64,000 bases of DNA from Anaeramoeba ignava BMAN (taxonomy: Eukaryota > Protista > Anaeramoebae): assembly GCA_028826165.1 (NCBI GenBank), contig JAPDFW010000063.1:868001-932000 (forward strand). The letters are read 5' to 3'. The notes beneath the pieces are model-generated. The model did no database searches. It was not told where the DNA came from and saw only the letters and a program-made list of their open reading frames with translations. The position numbers were made by a program, and so were the translations under genes. This document shows, in pieces, positions 29,487-43,140 of this stretch (positions within the stretch are counted from its first letter, which is position 1; each line of letters opens with the position of its first letter).

Positions 29487-32187
29487 TTAATCTTTTCTGA
29501 ATAATCTCATGTATTCAAGAATTTGAGATCCAAAACTTGATAATAAAGAAACATAAGGAATTCCTTCTTGACTAATTTCTTTTCCTGTTGTTTCTTTAAT
29601 AAAATGATGAATTTCATCATTGAAATAACTTTTATCCCAAACAAGTTGAAAAAACTAATTTGAATAAATAATAAAATAAATGAGAATAAAAAATAAATTT
29701 GGAAAAATTATATAAATTTAAATTACTGATGAACATTCTCTTTTTGATTCAGAATTATCGAATTTATGAGCAAAATGTTCTCCAATTCTTTTTTTTTTTA
29801 TTTAAATTAAAAAAATTAAAAATTAAATTTAATTTAAAAATAGAAATTAAATTACCCAATAAAAACTACTGAAAGAGGATAATTAGAAGCTTGAGAAAGA
29901 GCTTGAATAGTTTCATCAACATCTTCAACATCTTTTTCTAATAAAATAAAAAGAATCTTTTTTATCGAAAAAAAAAAAATCAATCAATCAATCAATCAAA
30001 AAAATGTTTTTCTTTCTTTCTTTCTTTCTTTCTTTTAAAAATGTATGAATTAATTATAAAAAAATTTTTTACACAATATCTGTTTTTATCTTTTAAACCA
30101 TCCAAATAACTAATAGCTTCTTTAATAACTGGAGAAACAAGAATTTTTCCTGGTTCAACTTCTTTTTTGGAGATCATTTTATGATAATATTCTATAATTT
30201 TTTCTCCTGGTAATTCTCTTTCTTCTCCAAGTGTAATAAGTCTATCTCTCAATGGCAATCTATAAGCCTGTGAAAAAAATTATTCTGTTATATTTGATTT
30301 CCTTTCTTGTTCGTGTTTTTTTTTTGTTGGAAATGATTTTTACGAAGAAATTTTTATCTTGAATAAAATGCTGAAGAAATGGAATAATCTCATTAAGAGC
30401 ATAATCAAATCCTGTTTTATTATCTCTGTAAATTTTGCTATGAAATGAAGCATCTGATTTAACTTTGGAAAAATCAATGCTATTAAATTGAAATTTTGAA
30501 AAATGTCAAGGAAAAAAAAAATTAATTTTTACAAATTTCATGTAATTATGAATTTTGAAATGAAAAATTTTACCAAATTAATGGTTTTAAATCAAATCCA
30601 GCATGGAACTATTTGATAAAATATTTTTTTGTTTTTTGTTTTTTGTTTAATTAGTTAATTAATTGATGAATTTAAAAGAAACTAACGTAATCAAAAATGG
30701 AAGCGTGTTCAGTAAAAGGAACTAAAGGAGGCAAAAGTTCTCTAACTTTAACTGTTTGAATTTGTTCTTCGTATTTCTTCTTTACGTATTCAAAAATAAT
30801 AACACCAGAGTTTTGGTAATTCTTTTTCTTTTGTTTAAGTTTTGGATGAATTAATTCAAATTTTTGGTCTTTTTTCAAAATATCTCTAAATCTTGTTTCA
30901 AATTCTCCTATTAAATCATGTGATCCAATTTTATCCCAATCATAAACCATGATTTTTATATCAACTTTAAAATCATCTGTTGATCCTTCAATAACAAATT
31001 CTTTCCATGTTGGATTTAAATCCTTGAATTTTTATTTTATTTTATTTGATTTGATTTGAAATTTTTCTTTATATTTTGTTTTTTGAATTTTACTTTTTTG
31101 ATAATTTCAGTTGTATACATTAATTTCCAATCATCTTTCTTGAAAAAGAATTTTAAATAAGGATCTATGAAAGAAAAAAGAAATCATAATAAGAATAATT
31201 TTTTTTTTGTTAAAAATTGTTTTTAACCTGATTTTCCTAATTTATCTTTTTTGTCTAAATTTTCAGCTTTAATTTTAATTCTTAATCCAACAAGAGTTTT
31301 AACTTTTTTTTGTGCATCTTTTAAAAAATAATGCTTATTAAGAATCTATATAAAAAATATAAAAAAAAATTTGAATATAATTTAAAAAAAAATTTGAATA
31401 TAATTTAAAAAAAAATTTGAATATAATTTAAAAAAAAATTTGAATATAAAAAACCTGTTGATCTTCAGGTGGATATGGTGGAATAACAATTTTAACTTTC
31501 TCAGTTAATCCTTTTGGTAATAATTCAGTTATTTGAATATCAATTGTCCCAACTTTATTTTCCATATTCATAATTGGTTTGTTAATGACTTTTTCATCTT
31601 TAATCATAATCTTTATTTTAAATTTTAATTTTAATTTTAATTTTATAAATGAATTTTATAAATGAATTTTAATTTTATAAATGAATTTTAATTTTATAAA
31701 TGAATTTTATAAATGAATTTTAATTTTATAAATGAATTTTAATTTTAAATTAAATTTTATAAATGAATTTTAATATGAATGAATTTTAATATAAATGTTT
31801 ATTAGAAATAATAGAATAACAACTTCAAATAAATCAAACTGAACAGATCCAATTAATTCTTGTTTTTCTTTATCTTTATTATCTTGTAATAATAATAAAT
31901 TGAAAAATTGTTTTGTTCCAAATTGATAATTAAAATCAAATGGAAATTCAAATTGTAAAGTTTCATCTTTTAAAATGAGTTTAAAATTTTTTTTTTCTTC
32001 CCATTTATCTTGATTTGCATTAAAATAAAGTAAAATTGCTAATAAATCTTCTTTTCTGTAATTTTTTAAATTTGAATTTAATTTTTTTAATTTGAATTTT
32101 AATTTTTTAAATTGAATTTTTTTAATACTTGTATTTTTGAATATCAATTTCATGACAAATAATTGATATTTGAATTGGAATATTCAT
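29487..32187 (-). CDS. Divergent copine (C2A, C2B, degenerate vWA), multi-exon
   Basis: ATG at 32187. LDKKDKLGKSDPYL...TEIIKKDLNPTWKEF...MVYDWDKIGSHDLIGEFET (copine C2B); IFDYFHAGFDLKPLICIDFS; DVDETIQALSQASNYPLSVVFIGIG (copine vWA). Stop at 29487. Confidence 0.85.
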
Positions 32188-32669
32188 TTTTCTTATTAAA
32201 AAGAAAGGAAAAAAAATGAATAAATAAAAAATAAAATTTTTTTTTCTTTTTTTTTAATATTTAAATATAAAAAGTTATATATATAAATTAATATTTGAAA
32301 AATAAATTAATTATTAAAAAAATAAAATTATTATTAATTATTTTTAAATATTAGGTAATTCATACATCATTTTTTTTTAATTTAAATTTTTTTTTTTCAA
32401 TTTTTTCATTTTTTTTTCCTTTCTTTTTAATAAGAAAAATATCAGTTTAATTTACTTTTATTTTACTTTTTTGTTTTAAAATTTTTAAAGCGAAAAACAA
32501 AAACAAAAAACAAAAAAACAAAAAACAAAATAACAAGAAAGAAAACAAAATTTGTTTAAAAAAAACAAAAAACAAATTTCCGTTTTTTTAAATTTCTATT
32601 TGACTCTTTTAATAAAAATCCAATAAAAAAAATCCAATAAAAAAAAGCAATAAAACAAAACAAAACAAA

Positions 32670-34043
32670 ATGGAAAACGGTCTTCCTGATTTAACAGATC
32701 CTTTTATCAATTTCGATCAATTTGATATTGAATCTTTAGATTTTAGTGACTTATATAATGATAATGAAATTTTTGGCAATGAAAATTCTAATATTCTTGA
32801 ATCTTTTCCAACAATTTTATCAAAAGAAAATTTTGAAGAAACAAAAAATCAAAAAAATTCTCAGTTTAATGATGAACAATTAGAAAATATAAGCTTGAAT
32901 AATCAAGAAAAAATAAATTTGGATAATCAAATTGATGGTTTTTTTACTTTTAATAACAAATTTGAAAAAAAAAACGAAAGGGAAATTTCTAATATAAAAA
33001 GCGATGAATTAAACAAAGAAATGGAATCAAAATTAATTTCGAATACAAAAACGAAAACAATTAAAAATTCAAATTCAAAAATAAATTCAAATTCAAAAAT
33101 AAATTCAAATTCAACTTTAAATTCAAATTCAACTTCAAATTCAAATTCAAATTCAAATTCAAATTCAAATTCAAAAATAAATTCAAATTCAACTTTAAAT
33201 TCAATTTCAAAAAAAAGAAAAATTGATTTGGAAAATTTACTTTCAAAACCAACTTCAGAACTTACAGAACAAGAAAAAATCGAAGTAAAAAAGGAAAGAA
33301 ACAGGAGAAATGCTCAAAAAGCAAGAGCTCGCAAAAAGGAATATGTTCAAGGTCTTGAAAACGAAGCTCAAAAACTAAAAGAAGACAAAGAAAAGTTGGA
33401 AAGTAGACTTAATAAAACAAATGTTGAGAATGAAAAACTTAAAGAAGAAGTTCAAAAATTGAAGAAACTACTCCATTTTTCAACAAATCAATCAAATGCT
33501 CAAGAAAAAACTACAATGATTGTTGATTTTTTGTCAAATTTTGGCTCAATTCCAATTTTAGAATCAAATCAAAAGAAAAAATCAAAATCAAAATCAAAAT
33601 CAAAAAAATCTCCAAATGTTTCTGTGTTAATAATTACTTTTGCAATTGGTTTCTTTCTTCATTTCTGTTTCTCATTTTTTTCAAGTTCTTCAATTCCAGA
33701 ACAAAATTTTCCAAATACAAAAAGGTTTACAAGAAAAAAATCAATAAAAAAAAATATTTCCATTTAAAATTAATAAAAATAAATATTTCCATTTAAAATT
33801 AATAAAAAATAAATTAGATCTTTATTTAGCGAAGAAGATATTCTATTTATTCAACAAGAATTTAGGAATAAAGATTCAACTTTTGAATGTGATTTATCGT
33901 CAGGAATTAATTGTCAAAATGAATTTATAGAAAATTTAAACAATATTGATTATATTTATCAAAGAATTCAACCAAACGTTGAATTTAGTGAATCAAAAGA
34001 ATCTAAATCATATACTTTAATTCGTGGAAACAGAAATTCTTAG
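32670..34043 (+). CDS. Membrane-tethered bZIP transcription factor (ATF6/CREB3-like architecture). Exons 32670-33724, 33818-34043
   Basis: Acidic N-terminus; basic region KKERNRRNAQKARARKKEYVQGLE plus zipper; TM segment VSVLIITFAIGFFLHFCFSFF; splicing gives luminal TKRSLF. Confidence 0.85.
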
Positions 34044-34320
34044 AAATTCATTTGCATTCAAAAAAAAACAAACAAACAAACAAACAAACTTATTTTTCAA
34101 AAATTTTTTTTTTAAATCTAACAACAATTTTTGATGAAATTGTTTGTATTTACCAAATCGTTTCAAATATTTACAAAAATTTCTTTCAGAATTCGTTTGT
34201 TTTTTTTTTTACAAGAAATTTCCCTTTTTTGATTTTCTTTTTCTTTTAAAAAAAATTGAAAAAAAATGAACACTTTTTTTAATTCAAAAATTATTTTTTT
34301 CATTTTTTTTCTTTTTAAAA

Positions 34321-36084
34321 ATGAATGAAATTATATTTTTTGGTTCAAATCAACATCCAATTCTTATCAAAAATGAAACAGAAAAAATAAAAACCAATTC
34401 AATTTAAATTTGAAAATGAAAATGAAAATGAAAATGAAAATGAAAAACAAATTAAACAAATTTCTTCTTCAAATGATTCAACAATTTTCCTTTTAAAGAA
34501 TGGAAAAGCAATAAAATATTCAAAACAAAATCCTTCAAAAATCCAAATTGAAAATATTCAAAAAGTAACTGTTGGTGATCAAAATGAAGCTATTTTAACA
34601 ATAGAAGGAAATGTATTTGCCAAAGGAAAATATATTAATCCAGAAAACCCAAAAGAATTTATCAATATTTCATCATTAATTGAAGATAAAAATGATAGAG
34701 TAATTAAAGATATTGTTTCTGGAAGAGATTCAATTTACTTACTAACTTCAAATCAAAATGCTTATGGAATTGGTTCAAATCATTGGGGTCAACTTGGAGT
34801 TGATTCTAAAACACTTGAAAAAACAGAAAAACCAATTTTAATAATGAAAAATGTTTCTAAAATATTTTCAGGAATTTCTTCACTTCATGTTTTTCTTTTA
34901 AATTCAAATCAAGAATTATTTGGATCTGGAAATAATGTACATGGTCAAATTGGATTAGGAGAATCAATAAGAAGAAAACAAATCAAAATCCAAAAGCCGA
35001 CTAAAATCCAAAATATTCCAAAAGGCAAAATAATTGATATTCAATGTGGAGAATTTCATTCAATAACGTTGATTGAAAATGAAAATCAAAATCCAAAAAG
35101 AAAACTTTATTCATGTGGATTTTGGAAAGATAATGGATTTGGGAAAGATATGAGAAAATTTACTGAAATCAAATCATCTTTATTTGAAAATGATGATTAT
35201 ATTCTTGATTTTTCTTGTGGATATAATCATACTTTGATTTTAACATCCAATTCAAAATTGATAGGATTTGGAGATAATTCTTTTAATCAATTAGGAACTG
35301 GAGATACAAAAAATCAATCAATTCCAATTCAAATTGAACTTCCTAAATTAAGATTTAATGAAAATATTTCTAATTATCATATCTCTTGTGGATATCATAA
35401 ATCATTTTTTTATTATTCTCCTCCTTCTTTTTCCAATCTTGAAGAAGATTTGATAAAATTATTTGAAAGAAAAGAATTTTGTGATATTTCATTCAAAACC
35501 AAAAATGGAGAAATAATTGAAGCTCATAAATTAATATTGAAATATAGATTAAATCAAAATCAAAATCAAATTGAAAAACTTCAAGAAATTATTTCAAATA
35601 AATCAATTAAAGAATCAAATCAAATATTTGAAATGATTTATTCAAACAGAATAATATAAATCCAATATTATATTCTGAAATTAAAGAAATTATAAATTCA
35701 AATGAAAAAATTGAAGAAACAATGAAAAGAATTTATTTAAATGAAAATGAAAAAGATTTTATAATTGAAAGAAAAGAAAAAGAATATAAATTTCCAAAAT
35801 TAATATTAATAATGAGAAGTGAATTATATCGAGGAATGTTTTTATCTGTAACTGAAGATAAATCTAATAAAGTTACAGATTATAGTGAATTAAGTAATAA
35901 ATCATTTCAAATATTTGAATATTGGATTTATTCAAATCAAATTATAAATGAAATTCAAATTACACAAGAAATTATTAATGAAACTAAAAAAGGAATTGAT
36001 TATTTTCAATTAAATCAAACAAATCCAAATTTATTTGATTTATTAATTAACAAATTTAATAATCAAAATCAAAATCAAAATTAA
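34321..36084 (+). CDS. RCC1-like beta-propeller + tandem BTB/POZ protein, copy 1 (indels at ~34389 and ~35655)
   Basis: ATG at 34321 in the same context as other copies; RCC1 motifs GxNxxGQLG and CGxxH; BTB-like FCDISF...AHKLIL and FPKLILIMRSELYRGMF. Confidence 0.85.
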
Positions 36085-36128
36085 AATTAAAATCAAAAAT
36101 TCAATTTTTCATTTTTTTCTTTTCAAAA

Positions 36129-37898
36129 ATGAATGAAATTTTATTTTTTGGTTCAAATTCTTATCCAAAACTTATAAAAAATAAAACAGATAAAATAACA
36201 AAACCAATTCAATTTAAATTTGAAAATGAAAATGAAAATAAAAAACAAATTAAACAAATTTCATCAGGAAGATTCTCAACAATTTTCCTTTTTAAAAATG
36301 GAAAAGCAATAGAATATTTAAATAAAAATGATTCAAATCAAAATCCTTCAAAAATCCAAATTGAAGAAAATATTCAAAAAGTAACTGTTGGTTCTGAAAA
36401 TGAAGCTATTTTAACAATAGAAGGAAATGTATTTGCTAAAGGATATGATATTAATCCAGATAGTCCAAATAAATTTATCAATATTTCATCATTAATTGAA
36501 GATACAAATGATAGAATAATTCAAGATATTGTTTCTGGATCTCGTTCAATTTACTTATTAACTTCAAATCAAAATGCTTATGGAATTGGTTTTAATGTAT
36601 ATGGTCAACTTGGAGTTGATTATGAAACACTTGAAAAAACAGAAAAACCAATTTTAATGATGAAAAATGTTTCTAAAATATTTACAGGAAATTCATCAAA
36701 AAGTGTTTTTCTTTTAAATTCAAATCAAGAATTATTTGGATGCGGTTATAATGATGATTGTCAAATTGGATTAGGAGAATCAAGAAAAGAAGAATGGAAA
36801 ATTGAGCAATTAACCAAAATCCAAAATATTCCAAAAGGCAAAATAATTGATATTCAATGTGCAAATTATCATTCAATAATGTTGATTGAAAATGAAGATG
36901 AAAATGAAAATCCAAAAAGAAAATTTTATTCATGTGGAGATTATAGATATAATGGACTTGGCAAAGATGAAAATGCATATGAATTTACTGAAATTAAATT
37001 ATCTTTATTTGAAAATGATGATTATATTCTTGATTTTTCTTGTGGAAGTTACCATACTTTGATTTTAACTTCTAATTCAAAATTAATTTCATTTGGATGG
37101 AATTATTCAGGTCAATTAGGAACTGAAAATACAAATGATCAATTAATTCCAATTCAAATTGAACTTCCTAAATTAAGATTTAATGAAAATATTTCTAATT
37201 ATCATCTTTCTTGTGGTTCTGACAAATCATTTCTTTATTATTCTACTCTTTCTTTTTCCAATCTTGAAGAAGATTTGATAAAACTATTTAGAAGAAAAGA
37301 ATTTTGTGATATTTCATTTAAAACCAAAAATGGAGAAATAATTAAAGCTCATAAATTAATATTAAAATATAGATTAAATCAAAATGAAAATGAAATTGAA
37401 AAACTTCAAGAAATTATTTCAAAAAAATCAATTAAAGAATCAAATCAAATATTTGAAATGATTTATTCAAACAATTCCAAAATAAATCCAAAATTATATT
37501 CTGAAATTAAAGAAATTATAAATTTAAATGAAAAAATTGAAGAAACAATGAAAAGAATTTATTTAAATGAAAATGAAAATGAAAATGATTTTATAATTGA
37601 AAGAAAAGAAAAACAATATAAATTTCCAAAATTAATATTAATAATGAGAAGTGAATTATATCGAGGAATGTTTTTATCTGTAACAAATGATAAATCTAAT
37701 AAAGTTACAGATTATAGTGAATTAAGTAATAAATCATTTCAATTATTTGAATATTGGATTTATTCAAATCAAATTAAAGATGAAATTCAAATTACACAAG
37801 AAATAATTGAAGAATTAGAAAGAGGAATTGATTATTTTCAATTAAATCAAACATATCCAAATTTATTTGATTTATTAATTAACAAATTTAAAAATTAA
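36129..37898 (+). CDS. RCC1-like propeller + BTB protein, copy 2 (intact, 589 aa)
   Basis: Uninterrupted ORF with RCC1 and BTB motifs. Confidence 0.92.
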   Translation: MNEILFFGSNSYPKLIKNKTDKITKPIQFKFENENENKKQIKQISSGRFSTIFLFKNGKAIEYLNKNDSNQNPSKIQIEENIQKVTVGSENEAILTIEGNVFAKGYDINPDSPNKFINISSLIEDTNDRIIQDIVSGSRSIYLLTSNQNAYGIGFNVYGQLGVDYETLEKTEKPILMMKNVSKIFTGNSSKSVFLLNSNQELFGCGYNDDCQIGLGESRKEEWKIEQLTKIQNIPKGKIIDIQCANYHSIMLIENEDENENPKRKFYSCGDYRYNGLGKDENAYEFTEIKLSLFENDDYILDFSCGSYHTLILTSNSKLISFGWNYSGQLGTENTNDQLIPIQIELPKLRFNENISNYHLSCGSDKSFLYYSTLSFSNLEEDLIKLFRRKEFCDISFKTKNGEIIKAHKLILKYRLNQNENEIEKLQEIISKKSIKESNQIFEMIYSNNSKINPKLYSEIKEIINLNEKIEETMKRIYLNENENENDFIIERKEKQYKFPKLILIMRSELYRGMFLSVTNDKSNKVTDYSELSNKSFQLFEYWIYSNQIKDEIQITQEIIEELERGIDYFQLNQTYPNLFDLLINKFKN

Positions 37899-38577
37899 AA
37901 TTAAAAATTAAAATCAAAATTAAAAATTAAAATTAAAATTAAAATTAAAATTAAAATTAAAATTAAAATTAAAAATTAAAAATTAAAATTTAAAATTAAA
38001 AATTAAAATTAAAATTTAAAATTAAAATTAAAATTAAAATTAAAATTAAAATTAAAATTAAAATTAAAATCAAAAATTAAAATTAAAATTAAAATTAAAA
38101 TTAAAATTAAAAATTTATAAAATTAAAATTAAAATTAAAATTAAAATCAAAATTAAAATCAAAATTAAAATTAAAATTAAAATTTAAATTAAAAATTAAA
38201 ATTAAAATTAAAATTAAAATTAAAATTAAAATCAAAATTAAAATCAAAATTAAAATCAAAATCAAAATCAAAATTAAAATTAAAATTAAAATTAAAATCT
38301 AAAATCAAAATTAAAATTAAAATTAAAATTAAAATTAAAATTAAAATCAAAATTAAAATCAAAATTAAAATCAAAATCAAAATCAAAATTAAAATTAAAA
38401 TTAAAATTAAAATCAAAATTAAAATTAAAATTAAAATTTAAAATTAAAATTAAAATCAAAATTAAAATTAAAATTAAAATTAAAATTAAAATTAAAATTA
38501 AAATTAAAAAATTCCAAAAAATTTTTTTCATTTTTTTCTTTTCAAAAGAATTAAAAAATTAAAAATAAAAAAAGAAA

Positions 38578-40354
38578 ATGAATGAAATTTTATTTTTTGG
38601 TTCAAATTCTTATCCAAAACTTATCAAAAATAAACCAGATAAAATAACAAAACCAATTCAATTTAAATTTGAAAATGAAAATGAAAATGAAAAACAAATT
38701 AAACAAATTTCATCAGGAAGATTCTCAACAATTTTCCTTTTTAAAAATGGAAAAGCAATAGAATATATAAGCAAAGATGATTCAAAACAAAATCCTCAAA
38801 AAATCCAAATTGAAGAAAATATTCAAAAAGTAACTGTTGGTTTTCAAAATGAAGCTATTTTAACAATAGAAGGAAATGTATTTGCCAAAGGAGAAGATAT
38901 TAATCCAGATAATCAAAAAGAATTTATCAATATTTCATCATTAATTGAAGATAAAAATGATAGAATAATTGAAGATATTGTTTGTGGTGCAGAATCAATT
39001 TACTTATTAACTTCAAATCAAAATGCTTATGGAATTGGTTTTAATGGATATGGTCAACTTGGTTTTGATTCTGAAACACTTGAAAAAACAGAAAAACCAA
39101 TTTTAATGATGAAAAATGTTTCTAAAATATTTTCAGAAAATTCTTCAAATTATGTTTTTCTTTTAAATTCAAACCAAGAATTATTTGGATGCGGATATAA
39201 TGAATATGGTCGACTTGGATTAGGAGAATCGAGAAAAGAATTAATGATCCAAAAACCAACCCAAAATCCAAAATATTCCAAAAGGCAAAATAATTGATAT
39301 TCAATCTGGATTTGATCATTCAATAATGTTGATTGAAAATGAAAATCAAAATGAAAATCCAAAAAGAAAACTTTATTCATGTGGATTTTGGAGACATAAT
39401 GGATTTGAAGAAGATACTTACGAATTTACTGAAATCAAATCATCTTTATTTGAAAATGATGATATTATTCTTGATTTTTCTGTTGGAAGAGCTCATACTT
39501 TGATTTTAACATATAATTCAAAATTAATAGGATTTGGAAATAGCATATCTGGTCAATTAGGAACTGGAAATACAAAAGATCAATTTATTCCAATTCAAAT
39601 TGAACTTCCTAAATTAAGATTTAATGAAAATATTTCTAATTATCATATTTCTTGTGGTTCTGACAAATCATTTTTTTATTATTCTCCTCTTTCTTTTTCC
39701 AATCTTGAAGAAGATTTGATAAAATTATTTGGAAGAAAAGAATTTTGTGATATTTCATTTAAAACCGAAAATGGAGAAATAATCAAAGCTCATAAATTAA
39801 TATTGAAATATAGATTAAATCAAAATCAAAATGAAATTGAAAAACTTAAAGAAATTATTTCAAATAAATCAATTAAAGAATCCAATCAAATATTTGAAAT
39901 GATTTATTCAAACAGAATAATAAATCCAAAATTATATTATGAAATTAAAGAAATTATAAATTCAAATGAAAAAATTGAAGAAACAATGAAAAGAATTTAT
40001 TTAAATGAAAAAGAAAATGAAAATGAAAAAGATTTTATTATTGAAAGAAAAGAAAAAGAATATAAATTTCCTAAATTAATATTAATAATGAGAAGTGAAT
40101 TATATCGAGGAATGTTTTTATCTGTAACAAATGATACTTCTAATAAAGTTACAGATTATAGTGAATTAAGTAATAAATCATTTCAAATATTTGAATATTG
40201 GATTTATTCAAATCAAATTAAAGAAGGAATCCAAATTACACAAGAAATTATTGATGAAACTAAAAAAGGAATTGATTATTTTCAATTAAATCAAACAAAT
40301 CCAAATTTATTTGATTTATTAATTAACAAATTTAATAATCAAAATCAAAATTAA
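38578..40354 (+). CDS. RCC1-like propeller + BTB protein, copy 3 (+1 indel at ~39260)
   Basis: Two ORFs colinear with copy 2; extra C in ACCCAAAATCC versus ACCAAAATCC. Confidence 0.87.
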
Positions 40355-41005
40355 AATTAAAATTAAAATTAAAATTAAAATTAAAATTAAAATTGAAAAT
40401 CAAAATTAAAATTAAAATTAAAATTAAAATTAAAATTAAAATTAAAATCAAAAATTAAAATCAAAATTAAAATTAAAATCAAAATTAAAATCAAAATCAA
40501 AAATCAAAAATTAAAAATCAAAATTTAAAATTAAAATTAAAAATTAAAATTAAAATTAAAATCAAAATTAAAATTAAAATTAAAATTAAAATTTAAAATT
40601 AAAATCAAAATTAAAATTAAAATTAAAATTTAAAATTAAAATTAAAAATTAAAATTAAAATTATAATTAAAATTAAAATTAAAATTAAAATTAAAATTAA
40701 AATTAAAATTAAAATTAAAATTAAAATTAAAATTAAAATTAAAATTAAAATTAAAATTAAAATTAAAAATTAAAATTAAATTTAAAATTAAAATTAAAAT
40801 TAAAATCAAAATTAAAATTTAAATTAAAATTAATATTAAAATTAAAATTAAAATTATAATTAAAATTAAAATTAAAATTAAAATTAAAATTAAAATTAAA
40901 ATTAAAATTAAAATTAAAATCAAAATTAAAATTAAAAAGTTCCAAAAAATTTTTTTCATTTTTTTCTTTTCAAAAGAATTAAAAAATTAAAAAGAAAAAA
41001 AGAAA

Positions 41006-42766
41006 ATGAATGAAATTTTATTTTTTGGAAGAAATCAATTTCCAACTCTTTTAAAAAATGAACCAGTTAGAATAACAAAACCAATTCAATTTAAATTTGA
41101 AAATGAAAATGAAAATGAAAATGAAAAACAAATTAAACAAATTTCAACAGGAAATTTTTCAACAATTTTCCTTTTTAAAAATGGAAAAGCAATAGAATAT
41201 TCAAGCCGAAATCCTCAAAAAATCCAAATTGAAGAAAATATTCAAAAAGTAAGTGCTGGTTATGCAAATGAAGCTATTTTAACAATAGAAGGAAATGTAT
41301 TTGCCAAAGGAAGAAATATTAATCCAAAAGATCCAAAAGAATTTATCAATATTTCATCATTAATTGAAGATAAAAATGATAGAATAATTGAAGATATTGT
41401 TTCTGGAGATAATTCAATTTACTTATTAACTTCAAATCAAAATGCTTATGGAATTGGTGCTAATTATACTGGTCAAGTTTTATTTGGTTCTTTCGCAATT
41501 AATAAAGCAATAAAACCAATTTTAATGATGAAAAATGTTTCTAAAATATTTTCAGGAAATTCTTCAGAAAATGTTTTTCTTTTAAATTCAAATCAAGAAT
41601 TATTTGGATATGATTCTAATGAATCTGTTCAATCTGGATTAGTAAGATCAAGAAGAAAAGAAACAAAAATCAAAAAATTAACCAAAATCCAAAATATTCC
41701 AAAAGGCAAAATAATTGATATTCAATGTGGAAGGTCACATTCAATAATGTTGATTGAAAATGAAGATCAAAATCCAAAAAGAAAACTTTATTCATATGGA
41801 GATTATGAATTAAATGGACTTGGCAAAAATGAAAATACTTATGAATTTACTGAAATCAAATCATCTTTATTTGAAAATGATGATAATATTCTTGATTTTT
41901 CTGTTGGATATAGAGATACTTTGATTTTAACCAGAAAAGGAAAAATGATCGGATTTGGAGATAACTTCTTTGGTGAATTAGGAACTGAAAACGGAAACAA
42001 ACAATTAATTCCTATTCAAATTGAACTTCCTGAATTAAGATTTAATGAAAATATTTCAAATTATCATATTTCTTGTGGATATCATAAATCATTTTTTTAT
42101 TATTCTCCTCTTTCTTTTTCCAATCTTGAAGAAGATTTGATAAAATTATTTGAAAGAAAAGAATTTTGTGATATTTCATTTAAAACCAAAAATGGAGAAA
42201 TAATTGAAGCTCATAAATTAATATTGAAATATAGATTAAATCAAAATCAAAATGAAAATGAAATTGAAAAACTTGAAGAAATTATTTCAAATAAATCAAT
42301 TAAAGAATCAAATCAAATATTTGAAATGATTTATTCAAACAATTCAAAAATAAATCCAATATTATATTCTGAAATTAAAGAAATTATAAATTCAAATGAA
42401 AAAACAGAAGAAACAATGAAAAGAATTTATTTAAATGAAAATGAAAATGAAAAAGATTTTATAATTGAAAGAAAAGAAAAAGAATATAAATTCCCTAAAT
42501 TAATATTAATAATGAGAAGTGAATTATATCGAGGAATGTTTTTATCTGTAACAAATGATACTTCTAATAAAGTTACAGATTATAGTGGATTAAGTAATAA
42601 ATCATTTCAAATATTTGAATATTGGATTTATTCAAATCAAATTAAAGAAGAAATTCAAGTTACACAAGAAATCATTAATGAATTAGAAACTGGAATTGAT
42701 TATTTTCAATTAAATCAAACAAATCCAAATTTATTTGATTTATTAATTAAAAAATTTAAAAATTAA
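41006..42766 (+). CDS. RCC1-like propeller + BTB protein, copy 4 (intact, 586 aa)
   Basis: Uninterrupted ORF. Confidence 0.92.
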   Translation: MNEILFFGRNQFPTLLKNEPVRITKPIQFKFENENENENEKQIKQISTGNFSTIFLFKNGKAIEYSSRNPQKIQIEENIQKVSAGYANEAILTIEGNVFAKGRNINPKDPKEFINISSLIEDKNDRIIEDIVSGDNSIYLLTSNQNAYGIGANYTGQVLFGSFAINKAIKPILMMKNVSKIFSGNSSENVFLLNSNQELFGYDSNESVQSGLVRSRRKETKIKKLTKIQNIPKGKIIDIQCGRSHSIMLIENEDQNPKRKLYSYGDYELNGLGKNENTYEFTEIKSSLFENDDNILDFSVGYRDTLILTRKGKMIGFGDNFFGELGTENGNKQLIPIQIELPELRFNENISNYHISCGYHKSFFYYSPLSFSNLEEDLIKLFERKEFCDISFKTKNGEIIEAHKLILKYRLNQNQNENEIEKLEEIISNKSIKESNQIFEMIYSNNSKINPILYSEIKEIINSNEKTEETMKRIYLNENENEKDFIIERKEKEYKFPKLILIMRSELYRGMFLSVTNDTSNKVTDYSGLSNKSFQIFEYWIYSNQIKEEIQVTQEIINELETGIDYFQLNQTNPNLFDLLIKKFKN

Positions 42767-43140
42767 AATTAAAATTAAAATTAAAATTAAAATCAAAATT
42801 AAAATTAAAATTAAAATTAAAATTAAAATTAAAATTAAAATTAAAATCAAAATTAAAATTAAAATTAAAATTAAAATTAAAATTTAAAATTAAAATTAAA
42901 ATTAAAATTAAAATCAAAATTAAAATCAAAATCAAAATTAAAATTAAAATCAAAATTCAAATTAAAATTCAAATTAAAATTAAAATTTAAAATTCAAATT
43001 AAAATTAAAATCAAAATCAAAATCAAAATTAAAATTCAAACTCAAAATTAAAATCAAAATCAAAATTAAAATTCAAATTAAAATCAAAATCAAAAAAATT
43101 ATTTCTAATTTTTCATTTTTTCATTTTTTTCTTTTCTAAA

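Noticed and set aside
33470-33660. IRE1-type unconventional intron (bZIP60/XBP1-like) between the bZIP and TM segments
   Set aside because: No paired hairpins with CNGNNG loops seen; the RSLF motif suggests proteolytic activation instead.
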